Virus record (IMG/VR): IMGVR_UViG_3300045253_000042
Location: 1-58,032 of that record
Source of the DNA: a virus
Lineage: Duplodnaviria; Caudoviricetes
Reading direction: 5' to 3' (one strand)
Length of the DNA: 58,032 nucleotides
The notes under the pieces are model-generated. The model was not told the DNA's origin. It made no database searches and worked only from the letters and a program-made list of their open reading frames with translations. This document shows, in pieces, positions 15,844 to 25,665 of the stretch. Within the stretch, counting starts at the first letter, position 1. Each line of letters begins with the position of its first letter. The translations under genes and the position numbers were made by a program.

Positions 15844-18375
15844 CTAGCGGGCCAGGACGGTGGTGGTGCCGAGGGATCCGTAGGTGGCGTCGCCCAGGAT
15901 CCACACGTTCAGGGGCTGCGGCGGGGACTGCTGGTCCTGCCACACCGGGGACAGCAGCAGCGTCACCTGGTAGCCCGGGCCGTACACCCGCGGCCGGGCG
16001 ATCTGCTCGACGTAGAAGTCCAGCGACATGGTCAGCCCGGCGGAGGTGCGGCGCTTGACGGTGACCCGGTCGCCCTGCTGGATGTTCAGGGCGCACGCCC
16101 ACAGCGCCGGGTTCGCGGCCGGGGTGAACGTCAGCGACTGGATCCGCTGGTGCGCGTCCTTGTACTGCTGCACCGTCCAGGTGGCGACGTCGAGGGCCTC
16201 CCAGTCCGAGGCCAGGTTCGGGGTCAGCGACAGGGGCGCGTCGAAGTAGCGGCCCATGCTGGTCGCATCGGACGCTCTCTGGGTGACCCCGCCGGGCCGG
16301 GTGACGTCGACGTCATTGACGACCAACGTCGGGTCGTCGTCGAACGCGATGTCGCCCTCGTACGGCAGCTCGCCGCCGGCGGTGTTCTCCCCGAACACCC
16401 ACACGGCGGAGTGCGCGGTGTACCGGTCGGCGCGGCCGGAGAACACGATCGTCCCGTCGCGGCGCACGTTGTGGTTGCCGCCCTCAGCGAGGACCACGTC
16501 GTTCAGGGCCGCGAGCAGGCCGGTCCCGGCCAGGCCGGATGCTGGCCCCATCGCGGTCATGCCGGCGTCGATCGCGTTGGGCAGGTTGACGGTGGCGTAA
16601 TTCAGCAGCCGCGAGTAGCGGGTGCCGGACAGCTCCCCGGCGAACGCCGTGGCCGCCGCCGCCCCTAGCTTGCCGGCGGCGGTGGCGCCGACGAGCCGGT
16701 TCTGCCAGATCACGACCTGCCCCACGTTGACCGGGGACGAGGAGTTCAGGCCGGGCTGGCGGGCACCCAGGGCGGGGAACACGTTCGGGATCGGCAGGGC
16801 GCTCGAGCCGACCGCGGTGCCCTGGCTGACCCCGTCCAGGTAGAGCCGGACGGTGACCTGGTCGACGTTGAGGGTGAACATGGCGCAGTGCGGCACGTTC
16901 GGGGCCAGCCCGTACGGGGTCTGCACCGTCGCGGCGGGCAGCGGCGGCCCGGCGAGCTCGAAGATGAGCCCGGCGACGGCGCCGAGCAGCACCTGGCCGC
17001 TGCCGTTGGACGACAGGAACAGCTGCACCCCGTACTGGTAGTTGTTGACCCCGTCGTTCACGTAGATGGTCTGGTCGAACATGGTGGTCTGCAGCAGGTT
17101 CCCGAACGTGTCCGGGAACTGGAAGCACATCAGCACCGTCCACGGCCCGGACCCGACGGCGGCGGCCGGGTCGAACCCGAGGAACGGGGCGAGCGGCCCG
17201 ACGGTGACACCAAGCTTGAGGGACGTGAGCGCGTCGGCGACGACCGGGGTGGTGTCCCCCAGGGCGCACAGCGCGTTCGGGCCGGTGACGGGCTGGTTGA
17301 CCTTCGCGTAGATGATGCCCGGCCCGTGCCGGCCGGTGGCGTCCGAGACCTGCAGCACGCCCGCCGGGTTGGTGCACGGGTAGTAGGCGTCGGGGGTCTC
17401 GGACATGACCTGCTCGGTCATGATGTCGCGCAGCGGCACCTTCGGCAGGAGCGCGAAGGCGTCGACGGTCGGGGACTGGATCTGCCCGACGAACCCGGCC
17501 AGGCGCCACGTCTGCGGCCACCGTTCGATGTAGCCGGACCAGTCGGTGACGAACGTCGGCCCCGTCGTCGTGAACGCGGTGCCGACGGTGCCGAACTCGG
17601 GTTGCACCGCGTCGACCCAGGCGGCGCCCGCGCCGGTGCCGGTGAAGGTGACCGACACGGTGACGACCGGGGTGGTGGGCACGAACGCGGCGGTCAGGGA
17701 CTGGTAGGACCCCAGCGTGGACGTGGTGCCGTAGGCGGTGCCGTTGACCCGCAGCGTCGCCCCGGTCAGGTTCGCGGTCAGGTAGACGGGCGCGGTGATG
17801 AACGTGGGGATGCCGGGGATCACCGGGATGACGAGCTTGGCCCCGGCCAGGGTGCCGGGGGTGGCCGCGAAGTTGACCTTCATGGCCTTGCCGCCGGCCT
17901 TGACGTGCGCCGTGTCGTTGGACAGCGTCGGCGTCGTGCCGGTGCCGGTGACGGCCCAGTGCCCGACGGTGCCGCCCTCGAACGATGCGTCCTCGCTCGA
18001 CACGTTCGCGTCCGGCCACGCGGCGTTGGTGTCGTTGAGGATGTTCCCCGCGGTCGACAGCGCGGTGGTGTTCCATGCCGCAACGGTCCGGGCCGGCCGG
18101 TACGGGACGACGTTCGGCCAGTACGGGCTCGACGTGTTCGACGGGTTCAGCGCCTCGTCGTCGTTGCGCATCGTCCACGAGCCCTGCCCGGCCTGCTGCT
18201 GCGCGAGCTCGTACTGCCGTCCCTGCGTCGCCGACGCGGCGGACACCCGCCACCCGACGTCGACCCACGCGGCCAGCAGCTGCGCCGCCGTGTAGACGGT
18301 GTTGGGGTCGATGCCGAACGCGACCTGGTCGGAGAACACCGGGGTGTTCCCCAGGATCGGCGGCTGGTAGCTCAC
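15844..18375 (-). CDS. Large minor tail (hub) protein with CBM-like and LamG-like domains
   Basis: Follows tape measure; SFEGGTVGHW CBM-like region, PDAYYP...LYLDG LamG-like region, tail-hub-like C-terminus. Confidence 0.8.
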   Translation of the reverse strand: MSYQPPILGNTPVFSDQVAFGIDPNTVYTAAQLLAAWVDVGWRVSAASATQGRQYELAQQQAGQGSWTMRNDDEALNPSNTSSPYWPNVVPYRPARTVAAWNTTALSTAGNILNDTNAAWPDANVSSEDASFEGGTVGHWAVTGTGTTPTLSNDTAHVKAGGKAMKVNFAATPGTLAGAKLVIPVIPGIPTFITAPVYLTANLTGATLRVNGTAYGTTSTLGSYQSLTAAFVPTTPVVTVSVTFTGTGAGAAWVDAVQPEFGTVGTAFTTTGPTFVTDWSGYIERWPQTWRLAGFVGQIQSPTVDAFALLPKVPLRDIMTEQVMSETPDAYYPCTNPAGVLQVSDATGRHGPGIIYAKVNQPVTGPNALCALGDTTPVVADALTSLKLGVTVGPLAPFLGFDPAAAVGSGPWTVLMCFQFPDTFGNLLQTTMFDQTIYVNDGVNNYQYGVQLFLSSNGSGQVLLGAVAGLIFELAGPPLPAATVQTPYGLAPNVPHCAMFTLNVDQVTVRLYLDGVSQGTAVGSSALPIPNVFPALGARQPGLNSSSPVNVGQVVIWQNRLVGATAAGKLGAAAATAFAGELSGTRYSRLLNYATVNLPNAIDAGMTAMGPASGLAGTGLLAALNDVVLAEGGNHNVRRDGTIVFSGRADRYTAHSAVWVFGENTAGGELPYEGDIAFDDDPTLVVNDVDVTRPGGVTQRASDATSMGRYFDAPLSLTPNLASDWEALDVATWTVQQYKDAHQRIQSLTFTPAANPALWACALNIQQGDRVTVKRRTSAGLTMSLDFYVEQIARPRVYGPGYQVTLLLSPVWQDQQSPPQPLNVWILGDATYGSLGTTTVLAR

Positions 18376-20378
18376 GTCAGCCCCGACAGCGGATCGAACC
18401 CGCTGCGGCGCTTCTTCTGCAGGTTGATGGTCTGCAGGTCGTCGTAGACGTGCTCGGCCAGCCGACGAGCGGACGCCCGGTCACCGCCGACGAGCGTCCC
18501 GATGTTGACGATCAGCTGCGTCCCCCCGCCGCCGCGCCCGAGGGGGGTGATCATGCCGGACCGGGAGCCGACCGACGGCGCGGTCCAGATCTCCGGCTGC
18601 CGGTTGAGGCCGATCAGGTATGGCATGCCGGCGACGGTCGGGCCGCCGGAGTCGCGGATCGGGTGGCCGGGCCCGTTCTGACTGGACCGGGACGCAGGCG
18701 GGCCCGTATTCGAGCCGTGGCTGAGGAAGTGGGTGACCTGGGAGATGATGTCCAGGACGGGCTGCATGAGCGTGGTGATGATCCGGACGGCCTGACGGAA
18801 CGGCCACGTCAGCACGTCGACGAGGGTCGACCAGGCCCGCTGGATGCCGCCCCACACGGTGTTGACGACGCCCAGGACCGTCGACCAGTGCTGCGTGACC
18901 CACACGATCGCCAGGCCGAACGGCCCGGTCAGGATCCCCAGCAGCAGCACCCAGTGCCCACGGATGAACCCGACGACGCTGGACACGACGGTCTGGATGG
19001 CGTGGAACACGTCAAGGACGATGGTGCGGAACGTCTGGAAGTGGTTCCAGGCGTAGATCACGCCGGCGACGAGCAGGCTGATGCCGGCGACGATCGCGAG
19101 CAGCGGCCACGTCGCGGCCAAGGTGGCCGCAGCGGCCATGCCCATGGAGATGATCCACGCCCCGATCGCCGCCACGAGCAGGGTGCCGATGACGATCGCG
19201 ACCCCGAGCAGTACGGGCTTGTGCGCGATCAGCCAGTTCGTCCACTGCACGCCGACCGCTGTGACCTTCTCCACGATCGGGATGAGGACGTCGCCGAGCT
19301 TGATGGCCATCGCGCTGACCCCGGCCCGCACGTTCGCGATCTTGGCGTTCAGGTCCTGCTGGGTGAGCGCGAAGCCCTTCACGTGGCCGCCAGCCTCGGT
19401 GCTGGCGTGCCCGATCGTCTTGATGTTGTCCGCGAACGTCTTCGCGTGCGCACCCGTCAGCGCCAGCGCCGCGGTCATGCCGCGGGTCCCGCCCACAGCC
19501 TTCGCCAGGGCCGCCGTGTACTGGATCGACCCGACCGGGAACTTCTTGCCGACCGCGTCGGTGATCAGCGCCAGGGCGCCCTGCAGGCCACCCTTGGACA
19601 GCGCCTTCTTCACGCTGTCCGCGGACAGGCCGATGAGCTTGAGTTCCTTCTTCGCCGACCCGGCCGGGTTGATCAGGCTCGCCAGCGCGAACCGCAGCGC
19701 GGTCGACGCCGCGTCCGCGGAAATGCCCTGCGCGGTCATCGTCGCCATCGCGCCGGCGATCTGCGCGAACGGCACGTGCAGGGCCGAGGCGATCGGCAGC
19801 ACGTTGTGCAGCGACCCGGACAGGGCCTCCATCGTGGTCTTGCCCGCCGCGACGGTCGCGACCAACTGGGAGGTGATCAGCGCGGCCTTCGACGTCGGGA
19901 CCTGGTAGTCGGTCATCGCCGTGGTCAGGCCGTCCGCGACGGTCCGCATGTCGGCGCCGCCGACCTTCGCGCCCTCCGCAGCCGCCCTCAGCACGGCCAG
20001 ACCGGCCGCGCCGTGGTAGCCGGCGGACTCGATCAGGTACATGCCCTTGGACAGGTCGATCGGCACCTGGCCGACCTGCGAGGCCATCGACAAGATGCCG
20101 TCGCGGACCATCTTGATGTTCGCCTCGGACTCGCCCGCACCCGTGACGAGCTGGGTGGTCGACTCCTGGAAGTCGGCGGCCATCTTGATCGACGCCGCAC
20201 CCACGACGACAGCCACACCGGCGATGCCCAGCAGGGCGGCCTTGCCGATGCTCGACGCGGCCTGGAAGTGCGAGCCCGTCTTGGCGACCTCGGCCCGGCC
20301 CTCGGCCATCGACCGGGTGAACTGGCCGGTCTTCGCCCGCAGCTCCAGGATCAGCGGGGGGAGCATCTCGCCGGCCAC
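18372..20378 (-). CDS. Tail tape measure protein (TP901-type)
   Basis: MAADFQ...GMYLIESAG...TVAAGKTT...core and Trp-periodic helical repeats; 668 aa. Confidence 0.93.
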   Translation of the reverse strand: MAGEMLPPLILELRAKTGQFTRSMAEGRAEVAKTGSHFQAASSIGKAALLGIAGVAVVVGAASIKMAADFQESTTQLVTGAGESEANIKMVRDGILSMASQVGQVPIDLSKGMYLIESAGYHGAAGLAVLRAAAEGAKVGGADMRTVADGLTTAMTDYQVPTSKAALITSQLVATVAAGKTTMEALSGSLHNVLPIASALHVPFAQIAGAMATMTAQGISADAASTALRFALASLINPAGSAKKELKLIGLSADSVKKALSKGGLQGALALITDAVGKKFPVGSIQYTAALAKAVGGTRGMTAALALTGAHAKTFADNIKTIGHASTEAGGHVKGFALTQQDLNAKIANVRAGVSAMAIKLGDVLIPIVEKVTAVGVQWTNWLIAHKPVLLGVAIVIGTLLVAAIGAWIISMGMAAAATLAATWPLLAIVAGISLLVAGVIYAWNHFQTFRTIVLDVFHAIQTVVSSVVGFIRGHWVLLLGILTGPFGLAIVWVTQHWSTVLGVVNTVWGGIQRAWSTLVDVLTWPFRQAVRIITTLMQPVLDIISQVTHFLSHGSNTGPPASRSSQNGPGHPIRDSGGPTVAGMPYLIGLNRQPEIWTAPSVGSRSGMITPLGRGGGGTQLIVNIGTLVGGDRASARRLAEHVYDDLQTINLQKKRRSGFDPLSGLT

Positions 20379-20396
20379 GGATGCCTCCTCGAACGG

Positions 20397-20834
20397 CTAG
20401 GGGGATCGGGTGGCGCGGGTCCAGTGGGTGCGGGCGATCTGCTCCAGCGGGTCCTTCGTGGACTTCACCGCCGGCTCGAACGAGGGGTAGCCGGGCTGGT
20501 CGTAACGGCGCCCCAGGGAGTCCACGCCGCTGAACCCGAGCTCGAGGCGCCGGAAGTAGCTGACGGTGGGGCCGACGCGGGTGTGCGCGCCGGCCAGGCC
20601 GTCCGAGCGGACCGGCTCGTGCCGGATCGAGCGCCGGGCGGTGCCGGTGACGACGTTCGGCTTGTCACCCCCGACGTGGGGTTGGCCCTTGGCGTGCGAG
20701 CCTTGGAAGTTCGCCTTCGCGGCGGCCTCCACGGTGGCCGCGGACTCCGCGACGATGACCTGCGCGACCGCAGCCGCCTCGGCGATCACCTTGTCGAAGG
20801 CGTGCTCCAGCTCGTGCAACCCGAAGACCGGCAT
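20397..20834 (-). CDS. HK97 gp10-like tail completion protein
   Basis: VFGLHEL...PNVVTGTARRSI...VGPTVSYFRRLELG...YPSFEPA. Confidence 0.75.
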   Translation of the reverse strand: MPVFGLHELEHAFDKVIAEAAAVAQVIVAESAATVEAAAKANFQGSHAKGQPHVGGDKPNVVTGTARRSIRHEPVRSDGLAGAHTRVGPTVSYFRRLELGFSGVDSLGRRYDQPGYPSFEPAVKSTKDPLEQIARTHWTRATRSP

Positions 20835-20837
20835 GGC

Positions 20838-21063
20838 TCACTTCTTCTCGTTCTGCACCTCGAGGACGACGTTGTCCAGGCCCACGATCCAGTCGATGAC
20901 CTCGTCCGGCTCGGCCAGGTACTGCTCGTGGGTTAGCCCTCCAACGACGGACCGGTACCGGTACTCGCGCCAACGCTCTCCGGCTCCGGCCAGGTCGTCT
21001 CCGAGGCCACCGCCTGGTCCGCCTCCGAGGGCCCCCTTGATGGCTCGGAGGCCCCAGTAGGGG
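20838..21063 (-). CDS. Tail assembly chaperone frameshift extension (G-T segment, -1 frame)
   Basis: Startless -1 frame YWGLRAIK...WREYRY...LTHEQYLAEPDEVIDWI...KK-stop, opening at TCC-CCT-AC. Confidence 0.7.
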
Positions 21064-21517
21064 ACGCCGGGTTCTCCACGGATGCAGCAGTGAACCCATT
21101 GGCCTTGACGTGCTCGGCGTACACCCGGCCCGCGGCCTGGCTCAGCATCTGGTACTCGATGTCGCGCAGGTCAGCCAGCCCCGCGATCGTGTCCGGTACC
21201 GGCTGCGGCAGGGTCCACGAGTCCAGGAGGGCGAACAAGGTGGCGTCACCCATCCGCTCGAGTAGGTCCCATTCCCGCTCGTCCAGCCGCAGCGCGTCGA
21301 GGCGGTCGGCGGCGGCCTCCATCTCGGCCACACGCTGCTCGTCGGTGGCGTCGTCGGGCAGATCCTGCGGCTGGGCGTCGACGACTTCCTGGAAGCGGCG
21401 CGCCCCCAACGACTGCACCAGGATCTTCAGGGGCCGTTTCTGGCCGGCGGTGAGCTGACCGGGATCGCGCAGGACCGCGGACTGGCCATCCGGAAGGTCG
21501 ACGGTGGTGGGTGCCAT
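20933..21517 (-). CDS. Tail assembly chaperone
   Basis: MAPTTVDLPDGQSAVLRDP...LLDSWTLPQP; between tail tube and tape measure. Confidence 0.8.
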   Translation of the reverse strand: MAPTTVDLPDGQSAVLRDPGQLTAGQKRPLKILVQSLGARRFQEVVDAQPQDLPDDATDEQRVAEMEAAADRLDALRLDEREWDLLERMGDATLFALLDSWTLPQPVPDTIAGLADLRDIEYQMLSQAAGRVYAEHVKANGFTAASVENPASPTGASEPSRGPSEADQAVASETTWPEPESVGASTGTGPSLEG

Positions 21518-21546
21518 GGTTGGGCTCCAAGGGGTGAGCCCGGCCG

Positions 21547-22542
21547 TCAGTACGCGGCCGAGACGGGCGAGAGCAGGGAGAACAGCTGCGGGGAAACGCC
21601 CCCGTTGGTGGCGTCGGTGGCGTTGTCGACGGCCTCCAGGTTCGCGGTGACCTCCAGGTACTTGCCGTTGTCGGCGATCGACACGTTGTCGTAGGCCATC
21701 TGCGAGTGCTGGAACTTCGCATAGTGCACGGCGTCCCCGGCCGGGTTGTTCTGCAGCACCAGCGCCGGCTGGGTGTTCGCCAGGTAGCCGGACATGTCGT
21801 CGACGGGGACCGTGTTGCCCCGGTAGATCGCCAGCAGCGACCCGGTGACGGTTAGCTCGCCGACGAAGATGACGTACGGGGACTGGGTGCCGTTCGCGCC
21901 GAACTCCGCCGACGTGGCCCGCTTCATCGACAGCTTGATGTCGGAGTAGTTGGTGGTGCCCGTCCCACCGATGGTCAGCGTCGTGTTCCAGGCGGGCTGC
22001 GCCAGCTTCGTCGTGGGCGTGTTGCTTGGTGCGGTCACGATCGTCGCCGGCAGGCCCATCCACGACGGGGTGAGCCCCGCCAGGGAGTCCAGCACCTTCG
22101 TCTCGATGTCCAGGCCTGCGAGCTGGCAGCCGGCCATTCGCCAGCACTCGGACCCGTTGAACAGCCAGATCGTCCACGACGTGGGCTGCCCGGCGTTCGC
22201 GTTGTTCAGCAGCGACGTCTTGTGCGTGTACGGGTCGGCGCCGCCGGTGATCGCGTCGGGGCCGCCCAGGATGTTCATCATGTGCGGCATCGCCGAGTCC
22301 AGGTACAGGAACGTCTGGTAATCCAGCGTGTCGTAGCGGACCCCGGCGACCTGCCCATACAGGTTCCCCATCGACCCGCGCAACGCCTGGTCCTTCAGCA
22401 TCGTCTGCTGCGGGGCGTGCTTGGGGGAGACGACCGGCACCCACACAGTCGGTGCGGCGGCCGGGGTGCCGTACGTGGATGCGCCTTCCTTGCCCATGCC
22501 CATCCACTGCAGGCCGGTCGGGAAGATGATCGGGTTCGCCAT
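21547..22542 (-). CDS. Major tail tube protein
   Basis: MGMGKE..YGTP.AAPT..VP...LRGS...YTH pattern; position. Confidence 0.85.
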   Translation of the reverse strand: MANPIIFPTGLQWMGMGKEGASTYGTPAAAPTVWVPVVSPKHAPQQTMLKDQALRGSMGNLYGQVAGVRYDTLDYQTFLYLDSAMPHMMNILGGPDAITGGADPYTHKTSLLNNANAGQPTSWTIWLFNGSECWRMAGCQLAGLDIETKVLDSLAGLTPSWMGLPATIVTAPSNTPTTKLAQPAWNTTLTIGGTGTTNYSDIKLSMKRATSAEFGANGTQSPYVIFVGELTVTGSLLAIYRGNTVPVDDMSGYLANTQPALVLQNNPAGDAVHYAKFQHSQMAYDNVSIADNGKYLEVTANLEAVDNATDATNGGVSPQLFSLLSPVSAAY

Positions 22543-22545
22543 CGT

Positions 22546-22896
22546 CTACTCCTGGCTCGGCGCGGAAAGGCGTTCGGTGAGTTCGGCGACGGTCCCCGAG
22601 TCGTCCAGGCCACGCTCGCGCGCGAGTTCCTGCAGCTCGGGCTTGCGCTTGGGCAGCTCCGCCGGTCCGGCGAGGGCCGCGGCGGTTCCCGGGTCGGCGG
22701 GGTCGAGCTCGAAGTGCACGAGCAGCAGGTCGGTGCGCAGCAGGTCGCCGGGCTCGAGGATGACCGTGTGGTCCAACGGTTCGCCGTCCGGGCCGGTCAG
22801 GGGGGCGCCGCCGCGTTCCACGGTGGTGTCGGGGCCGTGCGTGAGGTCGGCGAAGATGCGCGGCTCGAGGCCGGTGAACCGGTAGCTGTAGGTCAT
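22546..22896 (-). CDS. Small protein with C-terminal SAP-like domain
   Basis: KRKPELQELARERGLDDSGTVAELTERL. Confidence 0.7.
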   Translation of the reverse strand: MTYSYRFTGLEPRIFADLTHGPDTTVERGGAPLTGPDGEPLDHTVILEPGDLLRTDLLLVHFELDPADPGTAAALAGPAELPKRKPELQELARERGLDDSGTVAELTERLSAPSQE

Positions 22897-22898
22897 GG

Positions 22899-23426
22899 TC
22901 AGGCTCCCTGCGGGATCATCTCGACGACGGCGAACTTGACGGCCTGCCACTGGTGCACGGTGCCCTTGTCCTCGAGGGGAAGGTCCGCGTCGATGACGAT
23001 GTCGGGTGAGTTGGTGCGGTCACCCTCGCCGGCCTGCCAGGCGATGCCGCCGGCACCGGTGCCGAGGGTCCGGTCGGCGCGGATCAGGTCGGTGATGTCG
23101 TCGAGGAGAAGGTCCAGCGGGTCCACCCACGCGGCCCGGTCCTGGTCGACGGGCAGCGGGTTCGGGATGAGCCAGCGGTAGACGACGACCAGGGCGGTGT
23201 CCCAGACGGCCATCTTCTGGCCGCCGTGCTCGCCGCCCAGGGCGATGCGGGTCTCGGCCTTGTGCGGCAGGTGCACGTAGGCGATGGCCGCCCAGTTCGC
23301 GTCCCCGTACTCGAAGTCCTGCCCGGGGGCCAGCGTCGGCGCCGCCCGGTACACCTTCACCAGGCCGTTGATGGCCGGCGGGGAGAAGTAGTCGACCAGG
23401 GCGCGCCGCACCGAGGCTCTACTCAT
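22899..23426 (-). CDS. Tail terminator-like protein
   Basis: MSRASVRRAL...IRADRTLG; position before tail tube. Confidence 0.7.
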   Translation of the reverse strand: MSRASVRRALVDYFSPPAINGLVKVYRAAPTLAPGQDFEYGDANWAAIAYVHLPHKAETRIALGGEHGGQKMAVWDTALVVVYRWLIPNPLPVDQDRAAWVDPLDLLLDDITDLIRADRTLGTGAGGIAWQAGEGDRTNSPDIVIDADLPLEDKGTVHQWQAVKFAVVEMIPQGA

Positions 23427-24310
23427 CAGCGGACCCGGATGAACGGGTGCAGCAGCTTGGTGGCGATGTCGACGTTCACGTTCCCGCCGGACTCGATCAG
23501 CGCCGTCTTGGTGGGCTGCTGGTCGAATCCGCCCAGGACGATGGCCTGCGAGCCCTCGGTCTTGATGAGGGCGCTGGTGAGCTCGGTGGTGGCTTCCTTC
23601 ACCGCATCGGGTAGCGCCGAGATGGCGGTCCCGGTGGCGTGCGCGAACTGCAGCGGCGCAGTCAGGGGCACCGTGGTCGACCCGAACACGTAGCTGGCGT
23701 CGACGACGACGTCCTCGGTTTCGGCCTTGTCGGGCAGGTTCAACGTCAGGCCTGCGACGATCCCCAGCGGCGACGCCACCGTCACGGCCGCATCGTTCGC
23801 GGCCGCGACATCGGCGAGCAGCGTGTTCGTGTAGCCGTTGACGTACCCGAGGATCAGGTACGCGCGGTCCTGCGGGCCTGGGTCCAGGGTCCAGATCAGG
23901 CCGTTGCTGTTCTGGATCGGGATCTGCACGACCTTGCGCTGGATCCATAGCCCGGTCAGGTCCGTCATCGCCTGCAGGGACGCCGGGGACCAGCCCCACT
24001 GCACGGAGGTGACCGCGATGATCGGGGAGTAGTCGCACGGCACCCACACGGTGCCGTCGCGGCGCACCCGGTACATCCCGACCTGGACGTCAGCGGTGGC
24101 GGCCAGGACCTGCTTGCAGATCACGTTGACCCACCCGGACGCCCGGCCGATCGTCTGCCGCAGCACCGCCGTGTTGTCGCCCCACGACCCGGTCGGGTTC
24201 AGCTTCGACGTCGACACCCCGGTCGGGGCCTGCTCGTACTCGTCGGTCGTGATGTACGGCGTGCGGACGGCGTAGGACGGGACGATGGGGGCGACGGCGG
24301 GGCTGACCAT
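23426..24310 (-). CDS. Head-to-tail adaptor with inserted beta domain
   Basis: PYITTDEY...RASGWVN.IC...LPDAVKEA...KLLHPFIRVR. Confidence 0.75.
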   Translation of the reverse strand: MVSPAVAPIVPSYAVRTPYITTDEYEQAPTGVSTSKLNPTGSWGDNTAVLRQTIGRASGWVNVICKQVLAATADVQVGMYRVRRDGTVWVPCDYSPIIAVTSVQWGWSPASLQAMTDLTGLWIQRKVVQIPIQNSNGLIWTLDPGPQDRAYLILGYVNGYTNTLLADVAAANDAAVTVASPLGIVAGLTLNLPDKAETEDVVVDASYVFGSTTVPLTAPLQFAHATGTAISALPDAVKEATTELTSALIKTEGSQAIVLGGFDQQPTKTALIESGGNVNVDIATKLLHPFIRVR

Positions 24311-24345
24311 GTCCGTGCCTCCCGTCGCGCGCCTGGTGGGGATGT

Positions 24346-24393
24346 GTTCCGGGCCCGGACCCCTCCCCCTTGTGAAGCGGCCGGGCCCGGAAC
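24346..24393 (-). terminator. Strong hairpin after head-accessory genes
   Basis: GTTCCGGGCCCGG / CCGGGCCCGGAAC 13-bp arms. Confidence 0.55.
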
Positions 24394-24395
24394 GA

Positions 24396-24794
24396 TCAGG
24401 AGCCCGGCTTGCCCTTCGCGGGCGGTGCCGCGACCGGCTTGGCGGCCTTCTTGGCAGGCTTGCGGGGGGCGGCCTTGCGCGTGGCCGCCTTCTTGGCCGG
24501 GGCCTTGCGCGCTGCAGCCTTGCGGGGCGCCCGGGCGGCTGGCTGGGAGGCGGCGAGCTTGGCGACCGCGTCGTACAGGGACGCCGGGTCGCGGCGGCGC
24601 TCCAGCTCCTCGGCCGTGAGGCGGGCGTGGCGCTCGATCTCGTCCTCCCACGCCTTCGCACCGTTCACGTGGTTGTCGCGCAGGAACACCCCGAACGCCT
24701 CGGGTACCACCACGGCCCCGTCCTTGTCGACCTTGAACACGCCCTCGTCCTCATTGCCGACCGAGGAGGCGTTCTGCAGCGTGTAGACCTTCAT
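24396..24794 (-). CDS. Head-region protein with histone H1-like Lys/Ala/Pro tail
   Basis: KAAARKAPAKKAATRKAAPRKPAKKAAK; AGGAG RBS. Confidence 0.75.
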   Translation of the reverse strand: MKVYTLQNASSVGNEDEGVFKVDKDGAVVVPEAFGVFLRDNHVNGAKAWEDEIERHARLTAEELERRRDPASLYDAVAKLAASQPAARAPRKAAARKAPAKKAATRKAAPRKPAKKAAKPVAAPPAKGKPGS

Positions 24795-24814
24795 GTCGTT
24801 TCTCCTTGGGTTGG

Positions 24815-25594
24815 TCAGGACAGCGCGGCCCAGTAGCCGACTGCGAGCGCGCTGATCGCGCCGAGCGACGTGGGCGGGGTGGTGGTCAGGCCGGTGTTCG
24901 CGGACCCGTACTTGCTGGCCGTCGCGGCTAGGCCGGCGTTGACGGCGGCCGTGGTGCCGTGTCGCGCGAACGTGGGCAGCGTCGTGCCGTTGGCGTAGAA
25001 GCCGACGTACACGAACCCGGCCGGGACCTGCACCGGCGCGGCCAGCGCGGAAGCGACCTGCCCGGTGGACTGCCACGCCGTGTGCTGGCTCGCGGACTGC
25101 GCGAGCAGGCCCCCGCCCGGTGCGCCGGCGTACAGCAGGGCGAAGCACTGCCCGGAGGTGAGGCCGGAACCGGCGGCGGTCACGTTCAGCAGCAGGTTGG
25201 AGACGTAGCGGGTCTGACGAACCGGCACCCGCACCAGGTACAGGGTGCCGCCGGCGGCCAGGATCGTGCCCCCGGTCAGGTAGTCCGGGGGGGCGGACCA
25301 TTCGACCAGGCCGAAGTCGGAGGGAGACGGGCCGGTGGTTGCGACGACGGTGTCCAGGTGCGGGGACATGAACACCCCGGCCCCGGTGACCTGCGCGGTC
25401 AGCGACACCTGCGCGCCGTTGGAGTCCTGCAGCGTCACCGACAGGGGCCCGGGCGGCACGTAGTACACCTGCGCGGCGTTCGTGGTCAGCGGCAGCGGCA
25501 CCGGAAGGGTCAGGGCCGCGTCGTAGTACAGGGACTGGTTGGCGGACACGAGAGTCAGGCCGCCGGCATCAGCGGGGATGAAGACCCTGGGCAT
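24815..25594 (-). CDS. Putative capsid decoration / head fibre protein
   Basis: Beta-rich 259 aa protein right after the major capsid gene. Confidence 0.55.
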   Translation of the reverse strand: MPRVFIPADAGGLTLVSANQSLYYDAALTLPVPLPLTTNAAQVYYVPPGPLSVTLQDSNGAQVSLTAQVTGAGVFMSPHLDTVVATTGPSPSDFGLVEWSAPPDYLTGGTILAAGGTLYLVRVPVRQTRYVSNLLLNVTAAGSGLTSGQCFALLYAGAPGGGLLAQSASQHTAWQSTGQVASALAAPVQVPAGFVYVGFYANGTTLPTFARHGTTAAVNAGLAATASKYGSANTGLTTTPPTSLGAISALAVGYWAALS

Positions 25595-25619
25595 GATGCG
25601 CTCCGCTCTGCCGTGGGGT

Positions 25620-25650
25620 GGGCGGCCCCGGTATCGAGCCGGGGCCGCCC
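25620..25650 (-). terminator. Hairpin downstream of major capsid gene
   Basis: GGGCGGCCCCGG-7nt-CCGGGGCCGCCC. Confidence 0.7.
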
Positions 25651-25665
25651 GCTAACGCATCGCGC

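Noticed and set aside
20933-22507. Long N-terminal extensions in the ORF track (also 23426..24661, 12249..13814, 53711..55606, 52183..53799)
   Set aside because: The extensions overlap real upstream genes in another frame; true starts were re-picked at RBS or 4-bp overlaps
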